This document shows, one piece after another, positions 1 to 14,623 of a stretch of DNA of 64,000 nt. The DNA is from Monocercomonoides exilis PA203. Its lineage: Eukaryota > Protista > Preaxostyla. The position numbers and the translations under genes were made by a program. Location of the stretch: assembly GCA_001643675.2 (NCBI GenBank), contig LSRY02000021.1, positions 248,001 through 312,000 on the forward strand, read 5' to 3'. How positions within the stretch are numbered: the first letter of the stretch is position 1; each line of letters starts with the position of its first letter. Below the pieces are notes generated by a model. The model did not search any database. It had not been told where the DNA came from and saw only the letters and a program-made list of their open reading frames with translations.

Positions 1-3000
1 CCATATTTCCCATGCTACCCATTCCATGCATCCCTCCAGCACCATTCACTGGGCTCATTGAATTCATCGCATTCATTGAGTTCATTGAGTTCATCGATCC
101 CAATGCTCCCATCCCGTTCACTCCTCCCAGTCCACTCATCATCACCATTCCTCCACCAAATCTCATGTCTCCTCCCATTCCCATGCCCATCCCCAGCCCC
201 ATTCCCATTCCACCTCCCATCTGCTGGCTCTGCTGCTGCTGCTGATTCGGCTGCTGCCCCAGTGTCAGTGACAGCCCCATCACAGCCGACTGCGACGGAG
301 TGCCCCCTGACTCCAACAGCAGCTGGTGCGGCGACACCCTCCGGCTGTGCATCCTCAGCAGTCTCCCCCATCTGTATCTGCACTGAATGTCCGTTCGCCC
401 CACCAGCCCCTGTGCAATGCGCGTCCAGTTTGACGTGCCGAAGCGGATGACACTCTGCTCCAGTACCGCGTCTTCCTCCGCCGACCACGCTGCCTTTTTG
501 ATCGACGGCGCCAGGACGCGGTGCCAGTGCTGGCTGCACATGTCGCCTGTCCGGTTTCCCCCGACATATTCTGCAATCTTCTTCCAGTTGCTCATCCCAT
601 ACTTCGCTACCGCCTGCTGCAGCCGCACGTCTTCGTAGTCTTTCCATTTGAGCGGGCGTCTTCTCTCAACTTTGCGTGTCTGGTGGGCAGGAAGCACAGA
701 CGGCGAGAAGGAATACGATGGCTGCAGAGAAGAGGAAAGAGAACTCGACATTGAATACGAGGCAGAAGCAGAGTTGGGGTTGGAGCCAGGACCACCACCA
801 GACGAAGAAGAAGGGAAATATTGCTGTGAATTAGGATTAGAAGAATTAGAATTAGAAGCAGATGATGATGATGATGATGATGACATAGCAGAATGGGGAT
901 CCATCGCAAATCCAAATGAATGCGAACTCATCGAAGCTGAAGAGAGCGAGCGATGATGAGAGCGGTGGGCAGGCGGCGGATATTCCCCATCTGAGTCGTT
1001 GTAGTCGTCATCAAACTCCTTTTCAAACGATTCCATCAGAGAATGCGAATTCCCACCTTCTTTGCTCTTCCCTCTTCCTCTCCCGCGCCCACTGCTCCTC
1101 CCACTTCGCGCCCTCCCTCTCCCTCTGCCTCTTCCCCCGCCTCTTCCTCTTCCTTCTCTCTCTCTTTCCCTTTCCCTTTCTCCTCCCTCTCCGTTTTCTC
1201 CTCCACTTCCCTCTCCTCTCAGCTGCTCGTGTGCCTTGTCCTCATCCCAATCTGCATCTCCGCTGCTTTCTCTTCCTTCCCTTCCTTCTCTCCTCTCTCT
1301 TCTGTCTTCTCCATTCATCCCCCCTTCGCTCTCTTCCTCGTCCATCTCTGACTCAAAATCCAAATCTCGAATGAAATCGTCCAACTGCTGCGGATGGATC
1401 GACTTGCGTTCTCTCAGCCCCATTCGAAGGGGAAGCTCATTCTCTCCCTCTGCCACACTCGAATTGGAGGTGATGCTGTCGCTCCAATCTCCATTGGGGT
1501 GAAGAGGAGAATAAGAAGAGGATGATGAAGAGGAGGAAGAAGACGAAGAGGTGGTGTGAGATGAATGGAGATATGAAGACATTGAAGAAGTTGAAGATGA
1601 AGGTGAATTGACAGAAGCAGAAGAAGAAGAAGAAGTGGAAATGGATTGATCTGATGATGCCATGTTTGAATTCATTGAGCCATCAACAGAAGAAGAGGCA
1701 GAAGCAGAAGCAGCAGCAGAAGAAGGAGATGAATGCGATGGAGAAGAAAGCGGATTTCCAGTCAAAGCAGCCAAATGGCGGTTGGACTGAGTGTTCTGCT
1801 CGTGAAGTGCCCGCTGATGCCTCCGATGGCTGGAAAACGACTGAGGATGATGTGAAAGCGGATAAGTCTGCTGACTTCTGCCAAAGTTGTTGTGTTGGGA
1901 AGAAGCTGAAAGAGAAGCAAGAGATGAGATTGAGTGTCTCTGGGATGAGCTGCCCATCTGAGAGTGCATATGATAGCTGTGTGTGTTTTGACTGTCTGGC
2001 TGCACAGACACATTCGGATGCGACATCGAATGGAAAAGCTGTCCTGACTGCTGGCGCTGTTGTTGTTGTTGTTGTTGTTGCTGTTGCTGTTGTGTTATGT
2101 TTGATTGTGATTGAGGTTGAACCTGCCACTGCTGCCATTTGTCGTCACCATTGGTGTCTCTCCGCATTCTGCCGTGTCTTTGCTCTCTCTCCTCCATCTG
2201 CTCGTCACTCCCGCTCATTGCCATCTGCTGTCCTTCAGCATCGCTCTCACACATTCTGTTCCATTCCTCTCTTGTCCGCTTCATCTTCTGCGCCATCGAC
2301 ATCATCAGCATCATCTGCTGCCGCTCCCACATCGCCTGCGCCGCTGCATCAGAGACGCTCATGTTCTGAAGGGAGGCGCCATACCCAGCTGAAGAGTATC
2401 CATTCTGTGCAGACGAGGCCATCCCCTGCGACGAAGACAGGTCAGTGCCGAAGGCAGCGCTGGGCTGCGGAGAGAGGAACGGCTGATATGCATTTTGGGT
2501 GGCATTCTGGTCAGATGAGGAAGAAGACGAGGAATCAAATGGAGGAGAAAAGGGGGTTCCGAACGACTGGCTGTGCATCGGCTGAAAGAAGAACGAAGGA
2601 GAGGAGACAGAAGCTGCGGCATACTGCGGATAGATGGGCGGAGTGAAGAAGGCGTTTTTGCCGAGGGCAGTGCGGATGGTGCTTGGCGTTCCGTCTTCCT
2701 GTGAAGAGAATGCACTTTCGCCTTTTGAGTCATATCGAGCCATCCCTCCGCGGATTAAGCTGCTGCCTCCTCCGCTGCTTACACCGCCAACATCTCCATC
2801 ATCATCGTCATTGTTGTTGTTATTGTTATCATCAACAGACGAAAAAGCTTTGCCCGCTGCAGTCTGTTCGCCCAGCTGAGTTGGAGGTGAAGAGCCGACA
2901 GTTTGATCGCTGGCTTTGCCACCAGGGGAGAAAGTGAAAGGAGAGGAGGAGTAGAAGATGGATGGCGAGAAAAAGGAGAAGGGAGGAGAAGCAGATGAAG

Positions 3001-3931
3001 AAGAGAAAGAAGGGAATGTGCGATTGTTAGAAGGTGTCCGTGGTGAAAACACAGAACGATCTTGTTGAGATGATCTGTCGAGTTGAGAGAGTGTGGTTGA
3101 TGAAGGCGTTGATGATGTCGAAGATGTTGTAGAAGAAGAGGACGAAGAAGAAGGCATTGTCGATGTTGATGATAATGACATAGATAGCTGCGTATTACTA
3201 CAGCTTTCGATTATTTCATCATTTTTGTTTTCTGGAAACGTTGAAATGTTTTCAGAAGTATGGTAATTTTCATTAGATATAGAATGTGATTGAAGTGAGG
3301 CTGCACTAAGAATTGAAAACGGTTCAGAAGTTTCTGTTTGTTTGATTTGTGTATGTTCATTTGTTGGGGATGGCTGAAAATCTGAAGTTTTCTCTTTAAT
3401 TTTACTCTGAAAAGGAGGAGATGATGCAAATTGATCAGATTGATGCGATGAAGAATGTGAAACTGAAATTTCAAAAAAAATAGAAAAGAACCATAACTAC
3501 ACAAAATTAACTCAAATATTGCACACTTGGTGCAGCAGGCGTAATACTCCCATATTGAGTTACAACAATAGTAGATGATGAATCAATTGAAAATGTATTA
3601 ACTGGAGCATCTGGAATCTTGTTCTTTTCCTGATTTGATGCACAATCAGTGTTCTTATCCTGTGTGCTTGTTTGCAATGGATCTAATTTGAATTTAAAAA
3701 TAAACAAGTTCAAAAATTATCATTTATCATGTCTTTTGAATGATAAAATGAATGTTCGCAACCTTTTGATGAACACTTTGCGAAATATAAACAGTAAATT
3801 ACAATTGTTACGTAGATAACAATGTAGAAAAATTCAAATTGTATTTTATTGGAACAATCAAAAATGAAACGTACTGATTCTTTACTCGATTTCAAGGTGT
3901 TATCTGTTGTTGCATGAAAATTTTGATCCAT
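1..3931 (-). CDS. Myb-domain (R2R3-type) transcription factor; multi-exon; 3' end lies beyond the left window edge
   Basis: Manual translation of the minus strand at about 655-355 gives KWKDYEDVRLQQAVAKYGMSNWKKIAEYVGGNRTGDMCSQHWHRVLAPSIKKAAWSAEEDAVLEQSVIRFGTSNWTRIAQGLVGRTDIQCRYRWGRL, two Myb repeats with regularly spaced Trp. It is in frame with a long exon starting near 3462, and a Gly/Met-rich tail follows. Probable ATG at 3931, with a GTACGT donor at 3874. Confidence 0.9.
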
Positions 3932-4373
3932 TTATCGGAAAAAGAACACTGTATATTGGAACATCAAACAGTAATCGCCCAACATCATGAAAAAATTAGA
4001 ATCGTGTCGCATCAAAATGATCAATTTGATATGTTTTGAAATCAGGCTGGAAAAAACTTCAACTTACACGATAAATGATTTTAACGATAAGCGATAACTC
4101 GTTTATGAAATTGATATCCATGGGATTCATGCGCACATTCAAGAAATCCATTAACTTATTTGATCATTACCATATTGTTTTTTCAATCAATAATTGTCTC
4201 AATATTCATTTGAAAAACGTTCATAAATTTTAAATTTATATGAAGTTTTTTTTCAAGAAAAGTCTTTTCAAAGAAATTGTGGGAATTATTTAAAAAAAAG
4301 ATAACAATTTTTCCTTTTCATAAGGAAAATTCATTTAACTTATTGTACAACTTTTCACAAAATTTGTTCCCTC

Positions 4374-6782
4374 ATGCTTTCAGATATTTTTTGTGATTCA
4401 GAATTTTCTTCTCCGTTCGCTTATCATTCACCAGTGAAGCGACCATCTCCAATTTCTCTCCCTTCTGATCATTCACAGCTTAGTTCTACATTTTCGTTTT
4501 CCAATAATAAAGATAATCATATCATTTCAACTCCTTCATCTCCTTCTTCGGATTTAGTCCATACTTTGACTGAAACCCCAAATCACATTTCAAATCAAAA
4601 ATTATTGTCAACAACGACGAGAGTTCATTTTAAAGCAATACCAGCCATCAAAAAGCAAAGGTCACTTCCAAGAGTTGCTATTTTAGGTCAACAATGGGCT
4701 CGAGACAGAGTATCACATTCACCAACAACTCCAACTTCGAGCGGTTTTGATACTCCAAGATCTCTAACTCCAACTTCAACTGCATCTCCAACGCCTCCAA
4801 CTACTCCTACTTTCAGAGCACCATTTCTATCAACAACACCAACAGGAAGACTTTTGGATAACAAGCCTATTCCTCTTTTACGAGTTACAACACCACCCGT
4901 TAGCCCATCCTCTTTATCAGCTCCAACAACACCAAAACAGAAAGAAAAACAACTTGCATCAACGCTTACAACCACAAAAACTCGACCAAAAAAGAACAAC
5001 CTTTCAAAAACTGTTTCTTTTTCAACAATTAAACCAAAAAATCCAAAAGAACGCCCAAGTGCAGCATTTGCCTTGCCAGTTCAAGTTAAAAGGCCTTTCA
5101 AAGCAACTCAGCAAAAGCCAATTCAACGCACAGACGATTTATCTTCTGCTCGTAGCCAAATACCTCACTCAACAAATAGACGAGAGGGACTGTATAACAG
5201 CACAACAAAAATCACGAGGCATCTATCAGCAACATCAATTCACAGCGATTATGCAAAAGAGAACCTTGGGCGCAATCATCTTTCAACACCAAATTTGATT
5301 CGCGATAAACAAACCAAAGCATCTCCTGCCCCTATTAAGAAAAGAGGCATTCCGCATCTGACTGATAAAGCAACAAGACAACTCGAAGACAACATGAATG
5401 TTGTGGACGACGACAGTAATGAGATTATAAATGATGATGCTCCATTTGCAGCTGCTCTCAATTCTCCACCTCCAATTCCTTTGTCGCAAGCGACTGTGAT
5501 TTCACAACCGTCACCTCCTTCATCTGCATCTTCGGCTTATCCTTCCTCATTTTTATTCTCTCCTTCGCCTCATAAATCGCCTTTAGTTTCTCCTTTGATT
5601 GAATTATTTAGATCTCCAATAGCATCAAAAGCAACATACACAACAAATTATCCGAAAGAAGTAACACCAGACCGAACCACAAAATCTCCAATAAAATCAT
5701 CTCCATATAAGTCTCCTATTCGCCAGCTTTCAGCAGACAACTCTGAAGACCAAGAATTATTCAATACTGCTTCGCATCAACAAAAAGAAGAAATAAACGA
5801 TTTCCCCGTTCAACAAACATCTTCATTACGTCGTTCACCTATTCACAAAAGTCCAATTATCGAAGAGAGGATTCCATGCATTGAGCAAGCATCTGCTGTC
5901 GAACAAGCCACCCCATTGCATTCATCTGCCATCTCAGCTTTTGGCAATACTCCTTCACATTCTTCATCAGTACATCGTTCAGGCAGAAAGAGAAAGTCTC
6001 CGCAAAAGCAGTCTCCATACAGAAACCAAGTTCTCTCTTCTGTTGATTCTCCTTTCAAATCCAACAAAAAATCACCCAAACGCTCGCCATTGAAAACACT
6101 TCGCTTTGCAGACGAAGAAGACTCATCGCAGGCAGAGTCAGTGCTAATGCTGATGCAGGAAGATCAGAACAATGCGCTGCAGACGCTCCAGCAGAAGCAC
6201 TCCGATGAGCTAAGCCGGATGTCAACGCGTGTTGAGGCGCTGCGGACGGCTGTTGCAGCACAAACAGCAGAAAACGAGTGGCTGGCTTCTGAAACGATCA
6301 AAACGCAGCAGAGCACGTATGATCAGTTGGAGCTGACGATGAAAGGGAGTCAGGCAGTTACAGAGGAGCTGAGGAGAAGAGGGCAGATGCTGACTGAGAG
6401 GATCGGAGAGATTGAGATTGCTTCCAAAGAGGAGAAGGAAAATCTGGAATATTATCTGTTTCATTCGATATGTCTTTTAATAAAGTTGGAATTCGAAATG
6501 AAAGGTTTGCCTCATGCAACATGAATGGATTCTTCTTTTATGAAAATTCTTAATTTTTATGATATTTTAAATTTCCCTCATTTCTCCATTTTGAAACACA
6601 AATTATTCCATTCACTTTTTAATGCTTGGTTTTCTTCAGGAATTGATGAGGACATCGACATTAACGAGCTATATCTGAAATATCACAATCTTCAGCCAGC
6701 CGAATGGAGCAGAAAAATCTACGACATATTCGAAGAAGCAGCAAGCAAGAAAAATTATTGGGAAGAAGTTGAGTACATATGA
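4374..6782 (+). CDS. Hypothetical Ser/Pro/Thr-rich protein with C-terminal coiled coil (2 exons)
   Basis: 716-aa ORF with many SP/TP motifs and a helical C-terminus. A likely intron at about 6505-6639 (GTTTGC...TTCAG) joins it to the terminal exon IDEDIDINELYLKY...EYI*. Confidence 0.7.
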
Positions 6783-7157
6783 AAAAATGCACAACAAAGC
6801 CAAACGACAGATCTCAAAATCGCAATAAATAATGTTTATTTCTGTTCGCATAAAAAGAAAGTAATTGTGCTTAGAGATAAAGTTCATTTCCTTTTTATTT
6901 TGAAGTTTTCATAGATTGAATGTTTATTGTTCTTTATCATTATTTTTCAGTTTTACTTATTCATCAATCACCCCCAAAAAGTGTGTGAAAACATCAATTT
7001 AAAAAAAAATAAATTGCTAAGTCTTTATTAAAATTATATTTTAAACTTTCTTTAAAAAAAGAAAGAAATAAAATTGAGTTTACTCATAATTTATAATATC
7101 AAATAAAAATTGTAACATTTAAAATCTATAAACACAACAAAAATACATAAATATATT

Positions 7158-8083
7158 TCACCTTTTCTTAAAACCCCTCGACATTTTTGAAATAAATGAT
7201 TGTGTTGAGCGTGCAATAGTTTTGCTAAACTGACGTAAAACAGGATATAATTCCTCAAATGCTGTGTAGATGTCATTTCGCGATTTGGCTCCAGTAATAA
7301 CAACCTTTCCGCTAACAAATATTAAAAATGTGATTTTTGTTGTGGTCATGCGATACACTAAGCCAGGAAACATTTCCGGCTCATACTGAACACAAAAAAA
7401 GAAAGGTGATCACATTAAGGCAGAGGGCAATAAAGATAGCAAACTGTTGAAAAATTAGTGTGAGCAGCAGCAAGCGCTTCTAGCCTTATCGGAAATCTAA
7501 CATCACAACTTGCTAAAAAATTCAAAAATAAAGTTAATCGTCTCAAAATATGTTCAAACCAACAAGATTTTCTATTTTAAAATTTTGAAATGTGATATGG
7601 ATTCCTTCATGCTCAGCTAATTTTAATCAAATTATCATTTTGACATTCAAAAAAAAAATTAACACAAACGTATTTTATGTATAGTTTTCGCTGTTCTCCT
7701 ACATGCAAGCCTTGCAAGTTCTTCACTTTTTGCACCTGTACAAACCATTTTCCCGCTCTCAAAAATAAGAACTGTTGCTTTTGGATCTCTAAGCCTAAAT
7801 ACAGCAGCAGGAAAGCGTCGTGGATTATGCTCAACATTACGAACGTTAGAAGCAATTGTTCTAAGATTAACTCTTGATCCCAGAAATGCAGTTGCAACTA
7901 CATTTTGAATTTGAGGTATTATTCCACTTGGATGTTCAGATACTTTCAAAGTCGATTACACAACGTAGCATAATTAATTGAATGCAAAAATATTTAATTT
8001 TTAATGTATTTAATCAATTAATGCACCAAACAATCTACATCGGCAGATCTACCAGTTTGAACATCTGAAGGCTTTATAGCCAT
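7158..8083 (-). CDS. TBP: TATA-box binding protein (multi-exon)
   Basis: Both TBP repeats are present: [12 protein letters not shown]...[34 protein letters not shown] and [18 protein letters not shown]...[13 protein letters not shown]...[17 protein letters not shown] at 8083; GT-AG introns. Confidence 0.96.
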
Positions 8084-8883
8084 TTCTTGAGATCAAATAA
8101 ACCATCTTTTGATGAGTAACTTAAGTTTTTATTTCTATATTTCTTGCAAAAATAACAGAAAAACTTTCTTTTATTTATAACATTATTTCATTTTTTATAG
8201 TTTTGATAGAGCTACATAAAATTTGTAAGTTTTCGAAAAGTTGCGCATTTATGAAATTCTAAAATTTCTTCAATTTGCACAACTGCATTTTTCAATTATT
8301 CCCATGCAAATTATACTTTAAATTTGATAGGGAAATGACGTTATTCAATTTTTTTAAAAAACTATAATACGTATTGCTGTGATGTTAACGTTTGTGAAGT
8401 AGTTTTTTCTTTTTGATGAAACATGTGATAAAATCCAAAAAAATATTGATATAAATGCAATAACTTACCATTGGGAGTTAATACATTTCATTGAACTTGA
8501 GTTTTGTCTTTTATAACAACAGTTGCATTTTTAAATAATTTAAATTATCGTTCATTTTTCAAAATTCATAAACAACGATCAATAAAAGATGATTAACAAA
8601 ATCCTTTTCTCAGTAATCACTTTTTTATATGCATTTATTTGAAAAAAATTCTTTAAATTTTCATCTATATTTCAACAATTAATATTCAAAAACATTTTAA
8701 GTGTTTTTAAAAAAATACTCACAGATTTATTATTAAAGCATAATTGGAATGACTAAATGGAAACGCATAAACACACTCCACAAAATGATACAAGCAAGGC
8801 AATAAAGAAAAAGGAAGAAAGTCTTACATACAAATTATTATCAATTCACAATCTTTTAGCTTCAAAATTCAAGACTCACTTTT

Positions 8884-10372
8884 TTAGTTACGTGGGATAA
8901 TCTGCAAAGATCCAGTGACTGTAACATTATCCAGAACGGCTTTTGGTGGAATAACGATTTTCTGAGACTCCTGGGCGACAATGACGACGTTTCCTTTGAT
9001 CACGACATCTGCTCCGAAAGTGACATCCCCCACAGTTGTGAGGCTCTCCATCTCGACAAGATCTGGCGGTGAAGGGCAGCGCTGTGCCAAGTCTTTGATC
9101 TTTGAGAAACAGGGTCCGAGGGACATCACAGGGAACGTCGAGAAGTTGCGCTTGGGGTTGACATAGAGAGAGCCACCAGCACATTCGTAGTAGTTGCTCA
9201 TAATCAAAATCAGGTCGCTGCATGTTTTTGTGGGGATGAAGCGGATGCGAGGCACAGAAACCACATCCACTTTTGTGGAGCAGCTGACGATGGCACCGCA
9301 CGCTGTCTCCAGCTGAAGAACTGGGATGTCGTTGACTGTCTTCGGGTTCGATATCACATCCAGCTGAAGGCGCCCAGTCTCCAGCGCCTCTCTCAGAAAC
9401 GACACTTTTATCCAAATGTTGTTCGTGTTGAACACACTGAACTTCCTGACTGACTTGAACTCGCCAACATACGGTGCTGGCACCTGTGCAATCTCAAGAA
9501 GCTTGTATCCGAGCTCTCCTTTTTCTGTGGGATAACGAATGACCGTTCCTCCTTTGATGTCGGTGGGTGTTTTAGGTGTAAGCTCAATAAGAACATCATT
9601 CCCTTGCTTGAACAAGCGATTCAATATCTTTGGCTCAATTGTTGCACCAAGATTGTCAATATTTGAAACGAAAATGTATTCAATCCCTGTCTTCGCAAAC
9701 AGATCCAAGGTGCCACTTGCAAGAAGACTATCATATAAATCTCCATGTCCAGGTGGATACCAGCAGCTTGCTGGATCATCTCTGGATTTGGCTATGGGCA
9801 TAAGTGTTTCACGGTTAAGTCTAGGAAATTGATTCTGGTTGAAGCAAATTATATTTAAATCTGTAGCCTTACTCACGAATTTTTTTGTTTCTGCTTCTGT
9901 ATTGAAGCTGTTCATCAAAACAAGAGGAACAGAGCAGTGAAATAGATTGTTGACATGACGAATTTGTTCAAAAGTTAATTCCAAGAAATTCTTTTTTTCT
10001 TTAATGACAATCGTTGATTTAGGTCCAGTTAGTCCCATTGTAGTTCCAAGACCTCCATTCAGTTTTACCTACAGCGAAAAATAAAATAAATTGATAGAAA
10101 ACGCAAAACACATTCGTTTGCAAAATCAAAACATTATTCATGTAAATTGAATTTGGAAAGCATACCACTGCAACTTTTTTCATGAATTCAGCAATTTCTG
10201 CTTCTTCTGGTTGTGGAAGAGTTGTCAGTTGTGCAATGTCGCCATCTTTCAATGGAACGACTTTTTCCCAATCAATCAATCCTACACCTCTCCTCGAAAT
10301 CAAATCAAGCATTCTCTTTCTGGGTATTTCGTCCAACAAGGCAGTAAGAGCATTCTCACAATCTTGAGCCAT
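8884..10372 (-). CDS. UGP1: UTP--glucose-1-phosphate uridylyltransferase (UGPase), 2 exons
   Basis: Removing intron 10165-10069 restores KVAVVKLNGGLGTTMGLTGPKS. Also contains the WYPPGHGD, FVSNIDNLGA, DIKGG, LLEIAQVP, FNTNNIW and QLETA motifs. Confidence 0.96.
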
Positions 10373-10486
10373 TCTTACCAATATTATCACACTTGTGGGT
10401 TAATAAACCATAAGTAAAATATTTTTATTTTCATTATTTATTATTGAAGGATATAATTTGATATTAATATTATATTATGAAATACA

Positions 10487-13400
10487 ATGTCCGTACAAAA
10501 TGAAGAAAATAATGCACCTCAGAAGGAACAATTTGATCGTTTTGGATTCAAAGTTCAAGAGTTAGACTTTTTTTATTTGTTTTGCGATATTGATATCATT
10601 TAACATATTATTAAACTATTGCATGCGTACCCTAAAATTCAATAAATCTTATTATATTTAATTTTTGCAATAGCTCTTCAATATCGACAACAAAAAAACA
10701 AATTGAGAAAGAAATGGAAAGAACGAAAAAATGGTTGGTAATGATTCAAAACTGGGATGAGTGGATGAAAAAGCGTAATAAAAAAGTTTGCATTATTATT
10801 TTGTGCAATTATGAATATATTTCATTGATATTTAGATTAAGGAGCGTTGCTACAAAGGAATTCCTGATAGAATGAGAAATCAAGCTTGGAAAAAATTGGC
10901 AAGATTTGACGAGAGGGTAAAATCTGAGGAACTGAGGGGTTATTCTTATCAGGTAATGCATATTTGTATTTTTTTAATTTTTGTCTTTGTTGAACATCTT
11001 TTATTTTTCAGACTCTTTTGAAGGACAAAACAATATGGGAATCTCAAATAGACAAAGATTTGCATCGCACTTTTCCGCGGCATGTTGACTATGGTGAACA
11101 AGACGGAATTGCGTTTGCAAATATTACTATATTATGAAAATAATTTCGTAAATTATTTGATAAGGTTTGAAAAGCTGAAGAGAACGTTGTTGGCGTATGC
11201 GGTGTTTGACTCAGATCTTGGTTATTGTCAGGGAATGAGTTATCTTGCCGCCTGTTTAAATATGTACTTCACAGATGAGGTATGCGATACGTTGAATGAA
11301 ATGTATTTTATGAATCGGTTTTTTTTATTTTTAATTTTCACAAATTTGAATGAAAAGGAGTCATTCTGGATGCTCGTGATTCTGCTCAGCCCCAAGTTTG
11401 GATATGGAATGAGGGAATTTTTCGTTCCCAAATTTCCTCTTCTGCATTCGTCTCTGTTTTGTTTTGAGTCGCTCATGGAAAAAAAAGTGAAGAAACTCTA
11501 CAAGCACATTTCAAGCCTGTGTAACACTTCGTCATTTATGAATTATAAACCAAAGAGAACTGCCAAAGCGATGCATAAGAAGAAGGCAATGTCATTTTCA
11601 ACTGAAAATAGCTCAATAAAGGTTTTGGATGCTCAAATAACGAATAAAGGAAAAGATGAAAAGAAAGAAGCTTTCTCAACTTCTGTTCAATTATCATCAA
11701 ATGAATCTGAATTGTCTTCTTCTTCCTCCTCCTCAACGTCATCATCATCTTCTTCTTCGTTGTCATCATCTATTTCATCTTCATCAGCATCTTCATCATC
11801 AGCTTCTTCATCATCATCTTCCACCTCATCATATGTTTCTTCTGATACATCTTCAAACGAAAGCCATTCAATCAACATGAAAGGCAAAAGTGAAGAAAAA
11901 GAACCCACAAAAGTCAAAATGAGAGTTTCAACAAAAGAGAGCAAAGAAGAGAAAGAGAAAGAGAATGAGAAAAAGAAAAAGAAAGATGATGACGAAGATG
12001 ATGGTGATAACGATGATGATGACATCTCTTCTCCTTCTCTGTTTCGTGGGCAGATTGCACAGATGTTTGCTCAGCAGTGGTTCTTCACCATCTTTCTGTA
12101 CACTTTCCCTTTTTCAACAGCCGTCCGCATTTGGGACTGCTTCTTCTTCGGAGGGCTGAAAATGATTTATCGCTTTGGGCTGGGTTTCTTGAAGATGATT
12201 GAAAGTTTGTGTTGAGTGCACCTTATGAATGAATAAATGAATGAATTTGCATTTTTAAATATAAATACTTTTTTTTTTTCTTTCTTTCTTTCTTTTTTGT
12301 CATGTTTTTTATTTAATTTTGCATTCTCTCTTTTTCATCTAATTAATATTCACACTCTTATTTAATATTGAATTCGCATACAAAACATTAACCATTTCAC
12401 AACAAAATTTTCACCCTCCCACAGAGAAGATAATGTCATGTGAGATATTTGAAGAGGTCATTCAGCTCATACAGCACAATTGCAGTGAAGAAAAACAGGA
12501 CATAGAAAGACTTGTGAAGGAAGCTAAGAGACTGTCTTTGTCTCAAAAAGAGATTGACTCGCTGATGACACTTTTTTACACAGAAGAGAAACCAAAAAGA
12601 GACAAACGAGAAGAAAAAATGGAAAGGATCTCAAAAATGCGGAAGGAAGAGTGGGAAAGGAAAAAAAAGGAGAGGATGAAAGAGAATGAAGAGAAAGAGA
12701 AATTAAAGGGAAATGAAGACAGTAACGAAAATATGAATATGGAAATGAAAAGAGGGAGTTCAGAGGATAAAAGGGAAACAATGCAAAGCATTTCTGTTTC
12801 AAATGATGAGAAATATGTTAATGATTCATTCAAAGATGGAAACGATCTTGACAGGGAAAAAAGCAAGGAAATGGAAAAGCAACATATTTGTTCGACAACA
12901 TCTGGATGTGCTGAATGTAGCGGAGATGCAGAATTCACGTCTTCTTCCTCTTCCTCCTCTTCAATTGATTGTACAATGTCATGCCAAAATTGTCCAACAG
13001 CCTGCAATTCTAATGAGGAAACAGATGAGAATTCATCCAGTTCATCTGCTCTTCCAGCAATGATGAAGAGCAGCAGCAGCATGTTGAATGTGGTGCCTGA
13101 GTATCAGAGCACCCCTCAAACCAGCACAGATGATGCTGCATCGCTTTCTCCCCCTTCTTCCACAGCGTTGATGAGTGTGATACTTCCACACGTTGGAGAA
13201 GAAACTGAATCAAACAGCAGATCAAATGCAAGTGAAGAAGACGCACTTTCTACAGCAGAAGTGAATGAAGAGGCACAAAACAAGAAAGATTCTCCTTCTC
13301 TTTCTCAAAATGAAAACACACAGAAAGCGACGTCTGTGCCGAGTGCAATGCAGAAGGAGGCAACAAAGCCAAAACAGCGCTTTTCTTCGCATAAATGGTG

Positions 13401-13509
13401 TGGCTCGTTTTCGTCTGAAAGTGATGATGAGTATGTGTTTGGTGAAGAAATAAGAGCAGAAAAGGAAACAGCAAAAATTAATGGAGGTAAAAACTCGACG
13501 ATGAAATGA
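10487..13509 (+). CDS. TBC-domain Rab GTPase-activating protein (multi-exon)
   Basis: Exons encode DRFGF, CYKGIPDRMRNQAW, QIDKDLHRTFP (IxxDxxR arginine finger), LGYCQGMSY (YxQ glutamine finger) and QWFFTIF...AVRIWDCFF. Ser-rich insert inside the domain and a low-complexity tail. Confidence 0.9.
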
Positions 13510-14623
13510 AGAGCTAATTATAGAAATGTGCACTCAAATTTTTGTAAATAAATTATTAGAAATTAATTGAAGATTTCATGGTGATCCTTGAAGCACTCGT
13601 TGAACAAATAAGTTCTGTAATTGTCTTATAAGTTGAAAGTGATTGCGCTTTTGCAGTCATTGTGGTTGATATTTTTTAAAGACCACAATCAAATGAGACA
13701 TCTTGGGAGAGGGAACAAATGTCTATTCATGCTTTGATAAATTTGATGAGAACTGTTTTTTAATAGATTTGCAAATATTTACCATTTCTGTAGTGCTTTG
13801 TGGACATTTAAAGATCACCTATTTGCTGCATATTTTCGTCCCTAGTGTTTGAGTAGTTTTAAAATTATGTGTTTGTTTTTTCATCTTTGTGATATTTTTT
13901 ATTCTGTTTCATCCCCAAACGACTTTCGTTTTCAATTATTTTTGAATTATTTTTTCATATGAGCATTTCCTTTCAATGCTTATACATCAACTTTTTGTTT
14001 TTGTTGCAATTCTTTTCTATCAAGGAGAAGTCACTTCGTTTATTAAACAAAAGTTTTCTTAAAACAAAATCTTGTTTCATCTTTAATAGTGTGAAGAAAA
14101 CTTTAAAAATGAAAAGATAAGACAAAACACTTGAATAAAGTGACTTGAAGAAAAGAATTGTAAAGCTTAAAGAAAAAGCAATTCAAACATAGAAACAATA
14201 ATATAATAACTGCTATCAAATATTGATTTCTTTTTAACTCAAATAAAAGTAATTCGAGTGAAGCAATCAAAAACGATAGGGGAAAAAATAAAAAACAAAA
14301 CTGTTAAAATATTTTTCAAATTGAAAAAGCATAACAACAGTATGACAGAAAAAGAAAAATGTGGATGAAATGCAATTGAAGAACAAAAGACAACAGACAA
14401 ACCATTCAACGTAAAAAATTCATAAATTATTACAATAAGAATTGATTCTCAACGAAAAAGAAATGTCTTATTCGAGAAAAAAATAGAACAATGAAAGCAG
14501 ACTAATCGGAATGGAATGATTAAGAAAATGAGATGAATAGATGATTTGCTTGCTGAAAGACATGCGAAAAAAAAGATAGAAAAGAAATCTGGTTCTTCTC
14601 TGACAATATGAATTCTACACCAT

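Noticed and set aside
12-2937. Many plus-strand ORFs and the 210-aa minus ORF at 15-647
   Set aside because: They are antisense or off-frame shadows of the GC-rich, low-complexity Myb exon; the real frame carries the Myb repeats.
7158-8083. Possible divergent TBP DNA-binding surface
   Set aside because: All four intercalating Phe and both Asn positions are conserved in the spliced model.
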